Assembly (NCBI GenBank): GCA_040289515.1
Contig: PSLI01000050.1
Span: forward strand, 1 to 11,447
DNA from: Candidatus Sysuimicrobiota bacterium
Lineage (GTDB): Bacteria > Sysuimicrobiota > Sysuimicrobiia > Sysuimicrobiales > Sysuimicrobiaceae
Direction of reading: 5' to 3'
Length of the DNA: 11,447 nucleotides
Under the pieces are notes generated by a model. The model was not told where the DNA came from and ran no database searches. It worked only from the letters and a program-made list of their open reading frames with translations. Shown piece after piece: positions 1-8,006 of the stretch. Within the stretch, counting starts at the first letter, position 1, and every line of letters starts with the position of its first letter. The position numbers were made by a program, and so were the translations under genes.

Positions 1-2
1 CA

Positions 3-101
3 GCCCTGCATCGCTCCCTGGAGTTTTACAACACCGCCGGCCGCACCTCGGCTACCGCACCCGCGGCCGAACACCCGCCGATCCGTTCTGGGAAGCTGTA
101 G
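3..101 (+). CDS. possible 3' end of an upstream gene (partial, product unknown)
   Basis: Frame 3 is open from the window edge (ALHRSLEFYNTAGRTSATAPAAEHPPIRSGKL) to TAG at 99-101, with mostly G/C third positions. It is followed immediately by GGAGG (102-106) and ATG 114. No recognisable motif. Confidence 0.3.
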   Translation, partial: ALHRSLEFYNTAGRTSATAPAAEHPPIRSGKL

Positions 102-113
102 GGAGGCGTTACG

Positions 114-926
114 ATGACCCGGCTAATTATGCTACAGGTCTATACACCCTTACGATACGGGACGCCCAAGCCCTGCCCACCGTATGTTTGCAGCCGCGCA
201 CGTGGCGCGCTCCAGCCCTGCCCGCCCGTCGCCTCCCACGCCCCGATTGAGCTTCCAGCCAGACCCGGGCCTCACCCGCGATTCCTACAAGCCAGCGGCC
301 GAGCCGTGCTATTCGACCTTGATGGCACCCTTGTCGACTCCTTCCACCTTCTGACCGCCGCCTTTGCCCACGCACTCCGGCAGGTTTTAGGTCGGGAGCC
401 CACCGAGCAAGAACTCCATCGAAATTGGGGCGCCCCCCTTCGCCTCCGAGCCGCCGCCGTCGCCCCGGAACAGGCCGCCGAAGTGGTCCGCCTCTACGAG
501 CGCTACTACGAGCAGCACCAGGAAGCTATCAAACCATTCCCGGGCATCCCCGAGTTATTACGAGCCCTGCGGCACGACGGCTTCCGCCTCGCTGTCGTCA
601 CGTCCAAAAGCCGCCACCGCGCCCTCTTTACCTTGCAAGCCTGCCGTATCCTCCACCTGTTCGACCGCGTGATCTGCGAAGAAGACGCCCCGCGCCCGAA
701 GCCGGCACCTGAACCCGTCTATCAAGCGCTCCGATGCCTTCGAGCTCCCGTCCGCAAAACGTGGATGGTCGGGGACGCGCCCATCGACATTCTAGCTGCG
801 CGTGCCGCTGGAGTGCGCACCGTGGCCGCTCTCTGGGGGACACGTGAGCGCGACGCGGTGCTCGCCCTACGCCCCGATTATATTGCTTCCCTCCCCTCCG
901 ACGTGCTCAAAGCTGTCCGCGGATAG
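114..926 (+). CDS. HAD-superfamily (subfamily IA) hydrolase, PpaX/phosphoglycolate-phosphatase-like
   Basis: Motif I AVLFDLDGTLVDS, motif II VVTSK, motif III KPAPEP, motif IV MVGDAPIDILAARAAG, plus the typical ALWG...LRPDYI tail. GGAGG lies 7 nt before ATG 114. The first ~60 aa are Pro-rich and outside the domain, so the true start is uncertain. Confidence 0.88.
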   Translation: MTRLIMLQVYTPLRYGTPKPCPPYVCSRARGALQPCPPVASHAPIELPARPGPHPRFLQASGRAVLFDLDGTLVDSFHLLTAAFAHALRQVLGREPTEQELHRNWGAPLRLRAAAVAPEQAAEVVRLYERYYEQHQEAIKPFPGIPELLRALRHDGFRLAVVTSKSRHRALFTLQACRILHLFDRVICEEDAPRPKPAPEPVYQALRCLRAPVRKTWMVGDAPIDILAARAAGVRTVAALWGTRERDAVLALRPDYIASLPSDVLKAVRG

Positions 927-1960
927 ACCGCACATCGCACAATCCGAAATGAGACTTCCTCCCCTAATGCTGGCGCCTGCCCTACGCCAACTGTCCACAG
1001 GAGCCGCCCGCCGGGGACATCCCCAACACAGTCCACCCGATCCCCCCTATACACCCGCCGCACGACTCGTCCCCGCAGCTCCCCTGCCACGTCGCTGACC
1101 ACCCACTCCGGTCGCACGCACAGCCACACCGGCCCGCGCAGCGGTTCAGCCCACGGTACCTCGACCTGCTGTCCATCTCCCAAAACCACCTGCACGCGAC
1201 CTTCCTGCCAGGCCACCGCTTCCCCTTCCAAAAAACTTGCCCTCCCCACGAATCCCGCCACAAAAGGTGTTCGCGGCTTTTCGTACACCTCCTGCGGGCT
1301 CCCTATCTGCTCGATCTGCCCTTCTCGCATCACCGCCACGCGATCCGACATCGCCATTGCCTCCACCTGATCATGCGTAACGTACAGCACCGTAAAACCC
1401 AGCCGCCTCTGAAGCTCCGCAATCTCGTCCCGCAGCTCCTCCCTCAGTCGCGCATCAAGGTTACTCAGGGGCTCGTCCAGCAACAACACTGCCGGCTCCC
1501 CAACCAACGCCCGCGCCAGAGCTACCCGCTGCTGCTGTCCCCCCGACAGTTCGCCCGGATAACGATCCGCCACCTGCTGAAGACGTACTAGCTCCAGCGC
1601 TCGTCGTGTCCGTAGCTCAAGCTCCCTCCGTGTCACCCTCCTACACCGAAGCGGATAGGCGACGTTCTGAAACACAGTCATGTGCGGCCACACCGCGTAG
1701 CTCTGAAACACCATAGCCATTCCACGACGCTCAGGCGGCACCTGCCACTCGGGAGTGGACAGAACCCGTCCCTCAACAATAACGCGCCCTTCTGTCGGCC
1801 GCACAAACCCCGCAATTATGCGCAACGTCGTTGTCTTGCCGCACCCCGACGGCCCCAGAAGACTTACAAACTCACCATCGTCGACCGTTACGTCAAGTCC
1901 TCTAATCACCCACGCATCGTTATAGCGCTTGCCCAACCTCTCCACAACCACTCCCGCCAT
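878..1960 (-). CDS. ABC transporter ATP-binding protein (FbpC/AfuC/PotA-like, C-terminal TOBE-type region)
   Basis: Walker A GPSGCGKT, Q-loop VFQSYAVWPHMTV, signature LSGGQQQRVALARAL, Walker B LLLDEPLSNLD, H-loop VTHDQ. Starts 1 nt after the permease stop. Confidence 0.95.
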   Translation of the reverse strand: MAGVVVERLGKRYNDAWVIRGLDVTVDDGEFVSLLGPSGCGKTTTLRIIAGFVRPTEGRVIVEGRVLSTPEWQVPPERRGMAMVFQSYAVWPHMTVFQNVAYPLRCRRVTRRELELRTRRALELVRLQQVADRYPGELSGGQQQRVALARALVGEPAVLLLDEPLSNLDARLREELRDEIAELQRRLGFTVLYVTHDQVEAMAMSDRVAVMREGQIEQIGSPQEVYEKPRTPFVAGFVGRASFLEGEAVAWQEGRVQVVLGDGQQVEVPWAEPLRGPVWLCVRPEWVVSDVAGELRGRVVRRVYRGDRVDCVGDVPGGRLLWTVGVGQAPALGEEVSFRIVRCAVYPRTALSTSEGREAI

Positions 1961-1961
1961 C

Positions 1962-3698
1962 TCACGCCATCCACTCTTTCTTTGCTGTCTTCACCATCAG
2001 CACGTGTCCGCCTAGCAGCAGCACTGTTACAACGAACGACAGTGCCGCACTCAACGCGATCTTCCCTTCCTCATGCAACCCGTAAATTACCACGCCGATT
2101 GTCTCGTTTCCTACGGAATACAGCAGGACGGACAACGTGAGCTCCGCCACGGCGGGTATGAACACAAGGACCCATGCGGAGCGCACGCTTGGCCACATTA
2201 TCGGTACCACAACATCCACAACTGCCCGACCAGCACCCGCGCCTGCAATCCTCGCTGCCTCTTCCAGCGACGCGTGTACCTGCGCCAGCCCCGAAGACGC
2301 AGTGCGAAGCCCAATCGCCACAAAGCGCGTAACGTACGCTGCCAGCAGAATCCAAGCCGTATCGTAGAGGCGAATATTCACAACCGGAATCGGCCGCGCA
2401 TATGCCAGAATCAGCGCTACTGCCACCACGGTCCCCGGGACGGAGTAGGGAATTGCCAATGCACCCTCGAGCACTTGCGCCGCTCGCCACCGCGCGCGCT
2501 CCGATAGGTACGCTACCGCTACCGCCAACAGCACAACCAGCGTTGCAGCCCCTGCCGCTAGCATCAGGCTGTTGCGCAAGGCCCGCCCGACCTTCGGTAT
2601 TCCAAAAAGCACCGTCTGATAGTGCTCAACCGTCAGGTTTTCCGGACCTACCGGCACTCCGTACGCCCGGGTAAGCGACGTTAGCAACAAAGCCCCTAGC
2701 GGCAAAACCGTCGCAATTCCCACAACCGCGGCCACAAAAACCCCCGCCGCCCATCGCCAACGTCCCAGCTCGATACGCCCGCCCCCACCTCCCTGCCCAG
2801 TCACAACCGCGAAGCGACCACCTCCCCGCCCCACCAACCCTCGCTGCAAAACAAGGGCCAGCCCTGCCGGCGCCGCCAGCAGCACGGACAAGGCTGCAGC
2901 CGCCCGCAAATTGTCCGGCGTCCCGAAGCTCAGCACCGTCGCATAGATGCGTGTCGGCAGAACAAAATAACGAGCCGGGAATCCCAGTATCGCAGGAATC
3001 CCAAAATTGGCTAGTGACGACACCCACAGGAGCAGCGCCCCCGAACCAATCGCCGGTAAAACCAGCGGCACCACCACGTCGCGCATCACCTGCAAAGGCC
3101 GCGCGCCCGCCATCCGCGCTGCCTCCTCCAGCGCCGGATTCATGCGTTCGAGCGCCGCCCGAACCACTACATACGGGATCGGGTACCCGTACAGGGTCAG
3201 CACAAACACGATGCCAGCCGGGCCGTAAATTACCGCCAGCGGCGTCCCAAACCCTGACACCTGCATCCACAACCGGTTTAGATAGCCCACCGGGCTCAGC
3301 AAATACACCCATGCCATGGCACCGATGAAGGGCGGAATCATGTAGGGCAGCAGAAGCGCTGTGTGCCACGCACGCGCAGCTGGCAGGTCCGTCCGGCTCG
3401 TCAGCCACGCTAAGATCACGCCTAGAAACGTACCCGCAGCTGTAGCAGCCGTAGCCACCGCGACGCTATTCACAAACGCCTGCCGCACTGCGGCCTCCGA
3501 CAGCGCCCGAGCGTAGTGCCCAAGGCTCACACGCCCCTCCGCCACGAGCGAACTGCCCAACAACACCACGGATGGGTACACAATTAACCCGCTGATCACC
3601 CCCACAAAGATCCAACCCACAGCGCCCCCCGCCCGAACTGGCAGACCCGCCGCGTAACCGTCCCGCCCTGCCCCTCGCCACGTGACGAGCTCGTTCAT
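1962..3698 (-). CDS. ABC transporter permease with two fused TM domains (FbpB/AfuB/ThiP-like)
   Basis: 578 aa and highly hydrophobic. Two EAA loops (ALEEAARMAGARPLQVMRDVVVP and SLEEAARIAGAGAGRAVVDVVVP), plus PYMIPPFIGAMAW and NFGIPAILG segments typical of this family. Confidence 0.93.
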   Translation of the reverse strand: MNELVTWRGAGRDGYAAGLPVRAGGAVGWIFVGVISGLIVYPSVVLLGSSLVAEGRVSLGHYARALSEAAVRQAFVNSVAVATAATAAGTFLGVILAWLTSRTDLPAARAWHTALLLPYMIPPFIGAMAWVYLLSPVGYLNRLWMQVSGFGTPLAVIYGPAGIVFVLTLYGYPIPYVVVRAALERMNPALEEAARMAGARPLQVMRDVVVPLVLPAIGSGALLLWVSSLANFGIPAILGFPARYFVLPTRIYATVLSFGTPDNLRAAAALSVLLAAPAGLALVLQRGLVGRGGGRFAVVTGQGGGGGRIELGRWRWAAGVFVAAVVGIATVLPLGALLLTSLTRAYGVPVGPENLTVEHYQTVLFGIPKVGRALRNSLMLAAGAATLVVLLAVAVAYLSERARWRAAQVLEGALAIPYSVPGTVVAVALILAYARPIPVVNIRLYDTAWILLAAYVTRFVAIGLRTASSGLAQVHASLEEAARIAGAGAGRAVVDVVVPIMWPSVRSAWVLVFIPAVAELTLSVLLYSVGNETIGVVIYGLHEEGKIALSAALSFVVTVLLLGGHVLMVKTAKKEWMA

Positions 3699-3701
3699 CT
3701 T

Positions 3702-4712
3702 CTACTGCACTCCGAACAACTCGCTGAATGTCTTTCTGATCTCCTCTCGCCACTGGTCGATATGATCTAGGTTCGGGAAAATCACCTTCAATCGCTCCGC
3801 TTCAGGTACGCCTGCCGGGTACGGAATCCCCGGCAGCACCGGGATGTAGCTCCGCTGCGCGAACAGGCTCTGGGCCTCAGGTGTATACAAAAAGTCCACG
3901 AACGCCTCCGCCGCCGGAAGGTTCTGAGTTCCCTTCACAATCGCCACCGGCGTCGGCACCAACAGCGAACCCTCTTGGGGCCATATGTGGTCCACCGGCG
4001 ACCCACGTCCCTTGGCCGCACGAACAAAGAAGTCCACTACCTGCGCTATGCTAATCTCCCCGGATGCCAGCTTTTGCAGCACATCCCCATTGCTACGCAG
4101 CACCTGCGTTTCATTCTCTCGCAGCTTCCGATAGTAGGCCCAGCCGAACTCTCGCATGCTGACGAAGGTCCCCACGTGCGCGAGTGCAGCGCCGGACACA
4201 AACGGATTTGGAATCCCGACCCGACCTCTGTAACGCGGCAGGGTTAGGTCCCACCAACTGCTCGGCCGAAATCGAACATGATTTGTGTTAAAAGCGACTA
4301 CGTTAAAGATCAGGCGGACCTCGTGGTACCGATTTCCGTCATAGTGGTACCGGCCGGGCACCCGTCGCCCTGACGGAGGGGAGTAGGAAACCAGCAGGTC
4401 CCGGCGTGCTAGATCCCGCAAAAAAGCTATGTCTGCAAACCACAACACGTCCGCCTGGATACGCCCGGTCTGCATCTCCGCCTGAATCCTCGCCACCACC
4501 GGCCCAGACCCTGCGCGAAATACCCGCACGGTAACGTTCGGATACCGCCGGTTGAAAGCCTGGACGATTAAGTTGACATCGTCTTCCGACTCCGATGTAT
4601 ACAGGGTCACCGTCCCGCCGGGCCCCGGTGCCCCGAGGCCCGATCCGACCAGTACTGCGCTCAATACCGCTCCAGCCAACAAGCTCCACGGCCACCGGCC
4701 CACACGTGACAT
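3702..4712 (-). CDS. ABC transporter periplasmic substrate-binding protein (FbpA/AfuA/PhnS-like fold; ligand probably not Fe3+)
   Basis: Signal-peptide-like N-terminus with no lipobox Cys. Family motifs VTLYTS, RAGSGPVVARIQAE, ADVLW, PSSWWDL...YRG, PNPFVSG, WPQEG, AEAFVDFL. Start placed at ATG 4712 because GGAGGTG (4725-4719) is a properly spaced RBS; the ORF track's GTG 4721 lies inside that RBS. Confidence 0.92.
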   Translation of the reverse strand: MSRVGRWPWSLLAGAVLSAVLVGSGLGAPGPGGTVTLYTSESEDDVNLIVQAFNRRYPNVTVRVFRAGSGPVVARIQAEMQTGRIQADVLWFADIAFLRDLARRDLLVSYSPPSGRRVPGRYHYDGNRYHEVRLIFNVVAFNTNHVRFRPSSWWDLTLPRYRGRVGIPNPFVSGAALAHVGTFVSMREFGWAYYRKLRENETQVLRSNGDVLQKLASGEISIAQVVDFFVRAAKGRGSPVDHIWPQEGSLLVPTPVAIVKGTQNLPAAEAFVDFLYTPEAQSLFAQRSYIPVLPGIPYPAGVPEAERLKVIFPNLDHIDQWREEIRKTFSELFGVQ

Positions 4713-4733
4713 ATCCTTCACCTCCCCCGAATG

Positions 4734-5948
4734 TTAAAGTGGCCGCCCTTCAGCACATCCTCCTGCTCCAGCTACAACTTCCTGCCACAGCTCCTCAAAC
4801 CGCCCCTTGTTCCATCGCGCCAACTCTTCGCCCGGGCTCATAGAGAAACCCTCCAGGACCACACAACCTGAATAGTCCCCGAGCGCCCGCAGCGCACTCA
4901 CCAGGTCCCGTCGCCCCTGCCCGAGCGGGAGATGTAGCCGCGCCTCATCCGCATCGCTGAAGTGCACATGCACGACCGGATCCAGGCTCCGCACGAACGC
5001 CGCTTCGTTTTCACCCCAAGGAATGTGCGCCACATCCAGGGTGATGCCAACGTTGGAGCGCCCAACTGCCCGTACCAACGCATTCGCCTGTTCTGGATAG
5101 ACGACCAACTCCCCCTGCCGCGGCTCCATGTGTTCGATCGCGAGCTGCACCCCCAGCTGCATGGCGTGATCCGCGAGTTCCTGCAAGACCCCTACCAAGG
5201 TATTCCAGTAAACTGCCCCCTCGTCGTGCGGAACGGTTACGTGACCGGGGTGAAGGGCCACTACCCCCGCCCCCACCTGACTGGCGAGTTCCAGGGATTC
5301 ATGCAACTCTCGAACAGAGGCCTGCCGGATGGCCTCCAGCCGTGACGCCGGGTTGAGGTCCCAGCTGAAGGCATGCAGCGTCAGTACCAGCCCCAGCTCA
5401 TGAGCCGTTCTCCGGACCGCGCTCGGGTCGACTCCCTCCCGCCGCAGCGAAAACGCCCAAAGCTCCACCCCGTCGTATCCTAGCTCCTTGGCCCGCCGCA
5501 ACACGTCCAGGGTTTCCTGCGCCCAGAGAACCGGCGCGCTCAGCAGGAGCCGGAACGCACGACGTGCGGGCGGAGACTCTCGCGGCCCGACCCTCAAAGG
5601 AGTCGAGCGACGGCGGACCCCTGCCCCACGTAGGATGTCCAGCGTCGTCCGCAGCTCGGCCGCCACACGGAAAGGTTTGGTGACCACCCGTCCCGGGAAC
5701 GTGGTCAGAAAACGACCCGGGTAGTGCAGCGCTTCCCCGCCCAGTTCCAATGGCTTCGCCACCACGCGTCGTACCAGGCTGCCCACATATTCTTCCACGA
5801 ACTGGAGCGTATCTACGACCGTACCGCGTCCGCAAACAACACACGTGATCCGCGACTGTCCGCCTGCTTGCGGTGCCACCAGGTGCCAGGTAAGACGCCC
5901 ACAGCGCGCGCACTGCAGCTGTACCTCGTAACGCTCCGCCACACCCAT
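4734..5948 (-). CDS. Sugar-phosphate isomerase/epimerase (xylose-isomerase-like/AP_endonuc_2 TIM barrel) fused to an N-terminal zinc-ribbon domain
   Basis: The C-terminal ~270 aa carry GYDGVELW, LTLHA, ALHPG, LAIEHM, TLDVAH, HVHFSD, HLPLGQG and VVLEG, including the E/D/H/E metal ligands. The N-terminal ~105 aa carry CARC-x5-H-x13-CVVC. Start placed at ATG 5948, overlapping the E2 stop (TGATG); GTG 5951 and 5978 are alternatives. Confidence 0.85.
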   Translation of the reverse strand: MGVAERYEVQLQCARCGRLTWHLVAPQAGGQSRITCVVCGRGTVVDTLQFVEEYVGSLVRRVVAKPLELGGEALHYPGRFLTTFPGRVVTKPFRVAAELRTTLDILRGAGVRRRSTPLRVGPRESPPARRAFRLLLSAPVLWAQETLDVLRRAKELGYDGVELWAFSLRREGVDPSAVRRTAHELGLVLTLHAFSWDLNPASRLEAIRQASVRELHESLELASQVGAGVVALHPGHVTVPHDEGAVYWNTLVGVLQELADHAMQLGVQLAIEHMEPRQGELVVYPEQANALVRAVGRSNVGITLDVAHIPWGENEAAFVRSLDPVVHVHFSDADEARLHLPLGQGRRDLVSALRALGDYSGCVVLEGFSMSPGEELARWNKGRFEELWQEVVAGAGGCAEGRPL

Positions 5949-7015
5949 CACGATTCCTGCCCCACACGTTGCAACCACCGGTCCAAGCTCTCCAGAAACC
6001 TGGCTCCGTCCGCACCATCCGCCACCCGGTGGTCCAGCCCCAAGGTCACGTCACATACGGGGCGTACGGCCAAAGCATCCCCAACCGCCCACGGTCGGAG
6101 CCGCACCGCCCCAACCGACAGGATGGCGGTCTGCCCGGGCACCACCAGTGACGTGAATCGATCCACACCCAGCATGCCGAGGTTGGATACGGTAAACACC
6201 GCGTCGCGCACGTCCTCCAGGGTCAACCGATCCTCCCGGGCCCGCTGCACCAGGTTCCGTAGCTCAGCATCCAGCATCGAAAGCGTCTTTCGATCCGCGT
6301 CGCGAAGCACTACCAGCTGAAGCCCCTGCGGACTGTCAACTGCTACCCCTATGTGGATTCCTTCGTGCACGACTCCCTGCGGCGTCGTCCGAAGCCTCGG
6401 GTTCTCCCTTAGAGCTCGAGCCGTCGCCCACACCAGCGCTGCAGTGTATGACACTTCCCCTCGAGCTCGACTCGCGTGAGACACGTCCAGCGTCCGCGTC
6501 AGGTGTACCTGCGGAATCTCGCGGGCGCTCTCCACCATGCGCTCGGCCACCACCCGGCGCCGCCCCTCCGAAACTCCGCGCACGCGCCGCGCCTCCACTG
6601 CCGCCCGCACGTCCACCTCCGTAATCCTGCCTCCCGGTCCGCTCCCCTGCACCGTCGCCAGGTCGATCCCTTCCTCCCGGGCTAGCCGCCGCGCTGCCGG
6701 TGTGGCGGCGACCATACCGCCGCCGCCTTGCTCGGCGCCGGCGGACGTTGCCAAAACCTCTTCCTGCAACACCTCTCCCGGCTCCACAATGTAAGCCATC
6801 ACGCCCGTCACAGGGACTCTGTCACCCGGCCGCGCTCGGACGCCTGCCAAAATGCCGCTGGCAGGAGCCTCAACCTCCATGTTGACCTTGTCGGTCATCA
6901 CCTCCACCAGAGGCTCGCCCGCCTCGACCCATTCACCCTCCTCGCGCAACCAGCGAACTACGGTCGCCTCCTCCATGGTCATATCGAGCTTCGGGAGAAT
7001 CACAGGTCGAGACAT
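5948..7015 (-). CDS. Dihydrolipoamide acyltransferase (E2) of a 2-oxoacid/acetoin dehydrogenase-like complex
   Basis: One lipoyl domain (LPKLDMTMEEATVVRW...EVMTDKVNMEVEAP), a peripheral subunit-binding domain (ATPAARRLAREEGIDLATVQGSGPGGRITEVDV), and catalytic motifs TVSNLG and DHRVADG. ATG 7015 is preceded by GAGGG; 355 aa. Confidence 0.93.
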   Translation of the reverse strand: MSRPVILPKLDMTMEEATVVRWLREEGEWVEAGEPLVEVMTDKVNMEVEAPASGILAGVRARPGDRVPVTGVMAYIVEPGEVLQEEVLATSAGAEQGGGGMVAATPAARRLAREEGIDLATVQGSGPGGRITEVDVRAAVEARRVRGVSEGRRRVVAERMVESAREIPQVHLTRTLDVSHASRARGEVSYTAALVWATARALRENPRLRTTPQGVVHEGIHIGVAVDSPQGLQLVVLRDADRKTLSMLDAELRNLVQRAREDRLTLEDVRDAVFTVSNLGMLGVDRFTSLVVPGQTAILSVGAVRLRPWAVGDALAVRPVCDVTLGLDHRVADGADGARFLESLDRWLQRVGQES

Positions 7016-7022
7016 TCGTCCC

Positions 7023-8006
7023 TCACGCGACCAGTACCTGCCGAACGGCCTGGACGATGTCTTCTTCCTGCGGAACTGCCGCCCGTTCCAACCGCCGATT
7101 GTAGGGTATTGGGCACTCCGCCCCCCCAAGCCGTACCACCGGCGCCTGCAAATAGTACAGCGCATCACTCTCCGCGATTAGGGCAGCGATTTCGGCGCCC
7201 ACGCCCAACGTTTTCACGCCCTCGTACACAATCACCACCCGCCCCGTCTTTTGCACGGACTGAATGATCGTGTCCGTATCCAGGGGGCGCAAAGTGCGCG
7301 GGTCTACCACCTCGACGGAGATTCCCTCGTCCGCGAGTCGCTCTGCAGCCGCAAGCGCCCGCGGGACCATCCCAGACGTCGCCACCACTGTCACGTCTCG
7401 CCCCTCCCGCTTCACATCCCCGCGCCCCAGCGGTATCTCGTACGGCTCCTCCGGCACATCTCCCCGAGTCCGGTACAGTAGCTTGTGCTCCACGAAAATC
7501 ACCGGGTTGGGATCCCGGATGCTCGCCAAAAGCAAACCCTTAGCGTCTCTCGGTGTGCTGGGGCTGACCACCTTCAAGCCCGGGACATGCACAAACCAAG
7601 CCTCCAGGCTCTCCGAATGTTGAGCCGCGGCTCCTGTGCCAGCGCCCGCCGGAGTCCGCACCACCAAGGGTACCTGCGCCCGCCCGCCGAACATATACCG
7701 AATCTTCGCTGCCTGGAGGACCAGCTGCTCCATACAAAGAGTGATGAAGTCCATGAACTGGATCTCCAGCACCGGCCGCAACCCCGTGAGCGCCGCACCG
7801 ATGCTGCAGCCCGTGATCGCAGCTTCGGAAATGGGAGTGTCGCGCACCCGCTCAGGCCCGAAACGTTCCAGCAGTCCGTCTGTTACCCCGAATGCCCCCC
7901 CATACGTACCAATATCCTCCCCCAGGAGTATTACGGTAGGATCCTCCTCCATGGCCTGCCGCAGCGCCTCCCGGACGGCCTCTGCGTAGCTAAGGACCCT
8001 GCTCAT
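7023..8006 (-). CDS. ThDP-dependent dehydrogenase E1 beta subunit (PdhB/AcoB family)
   Basis: [81 protein letters not shown] overlap with the E1alpha stop. Confidence 0.96.
   Translation of the reverse strand: MSRVLSYAEAVREALRQAMEEDPTVILLGEDIGTYGGAFGVTDGLLERFGPERVRDTPISEAAITGCSIGAALTGLRPVLEIQFMDFITLCMEQLVLQAAKIRYMFGGRAQVPLVVRTPAGAGTGAAAQHSESLEAWFVHVPGLKVVSPSTPRDAKGLLLASIRDPNPVIFVEHKLLYRTRGDVPEEPYEIPLGRGDVKREGRDVTVVATSGMVPRALAAAERLADEGISVEVVDPRTLRPLDTDTIIQSVQKTGRVVIVYEGVKTLGVGAEIAALIAESDALYYLQAPVVRLGGAECPIPYNRRLERAAVPQEEDIVQAVRQVLVA

Noticed and set aside
4734..5948. Zinc ribbon plus AP_endonuc_2 fold read as endonuclease IV or a defence nuclease
   Set aside because: The motifs fit the sugar isomerase/epimerase branch and the context is entirely metabolic. 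No defence or DNA-repair genes are nearby.
6411..6470. Repeated GAGCTCGA and the palindrome TCGAGCTCGA (6461-6470)
   Set aside because: Short, inside E2, and explained by Arg-Ala codons. No regulatory context.
7016..7168. Longer 406-aa version of E2 starting at 7168
   Set aside because: It overlaps E1beta by ~145 bp with non-homologous sequence. The lipoyl domain begins at ATG 7015, which has its own RBS.
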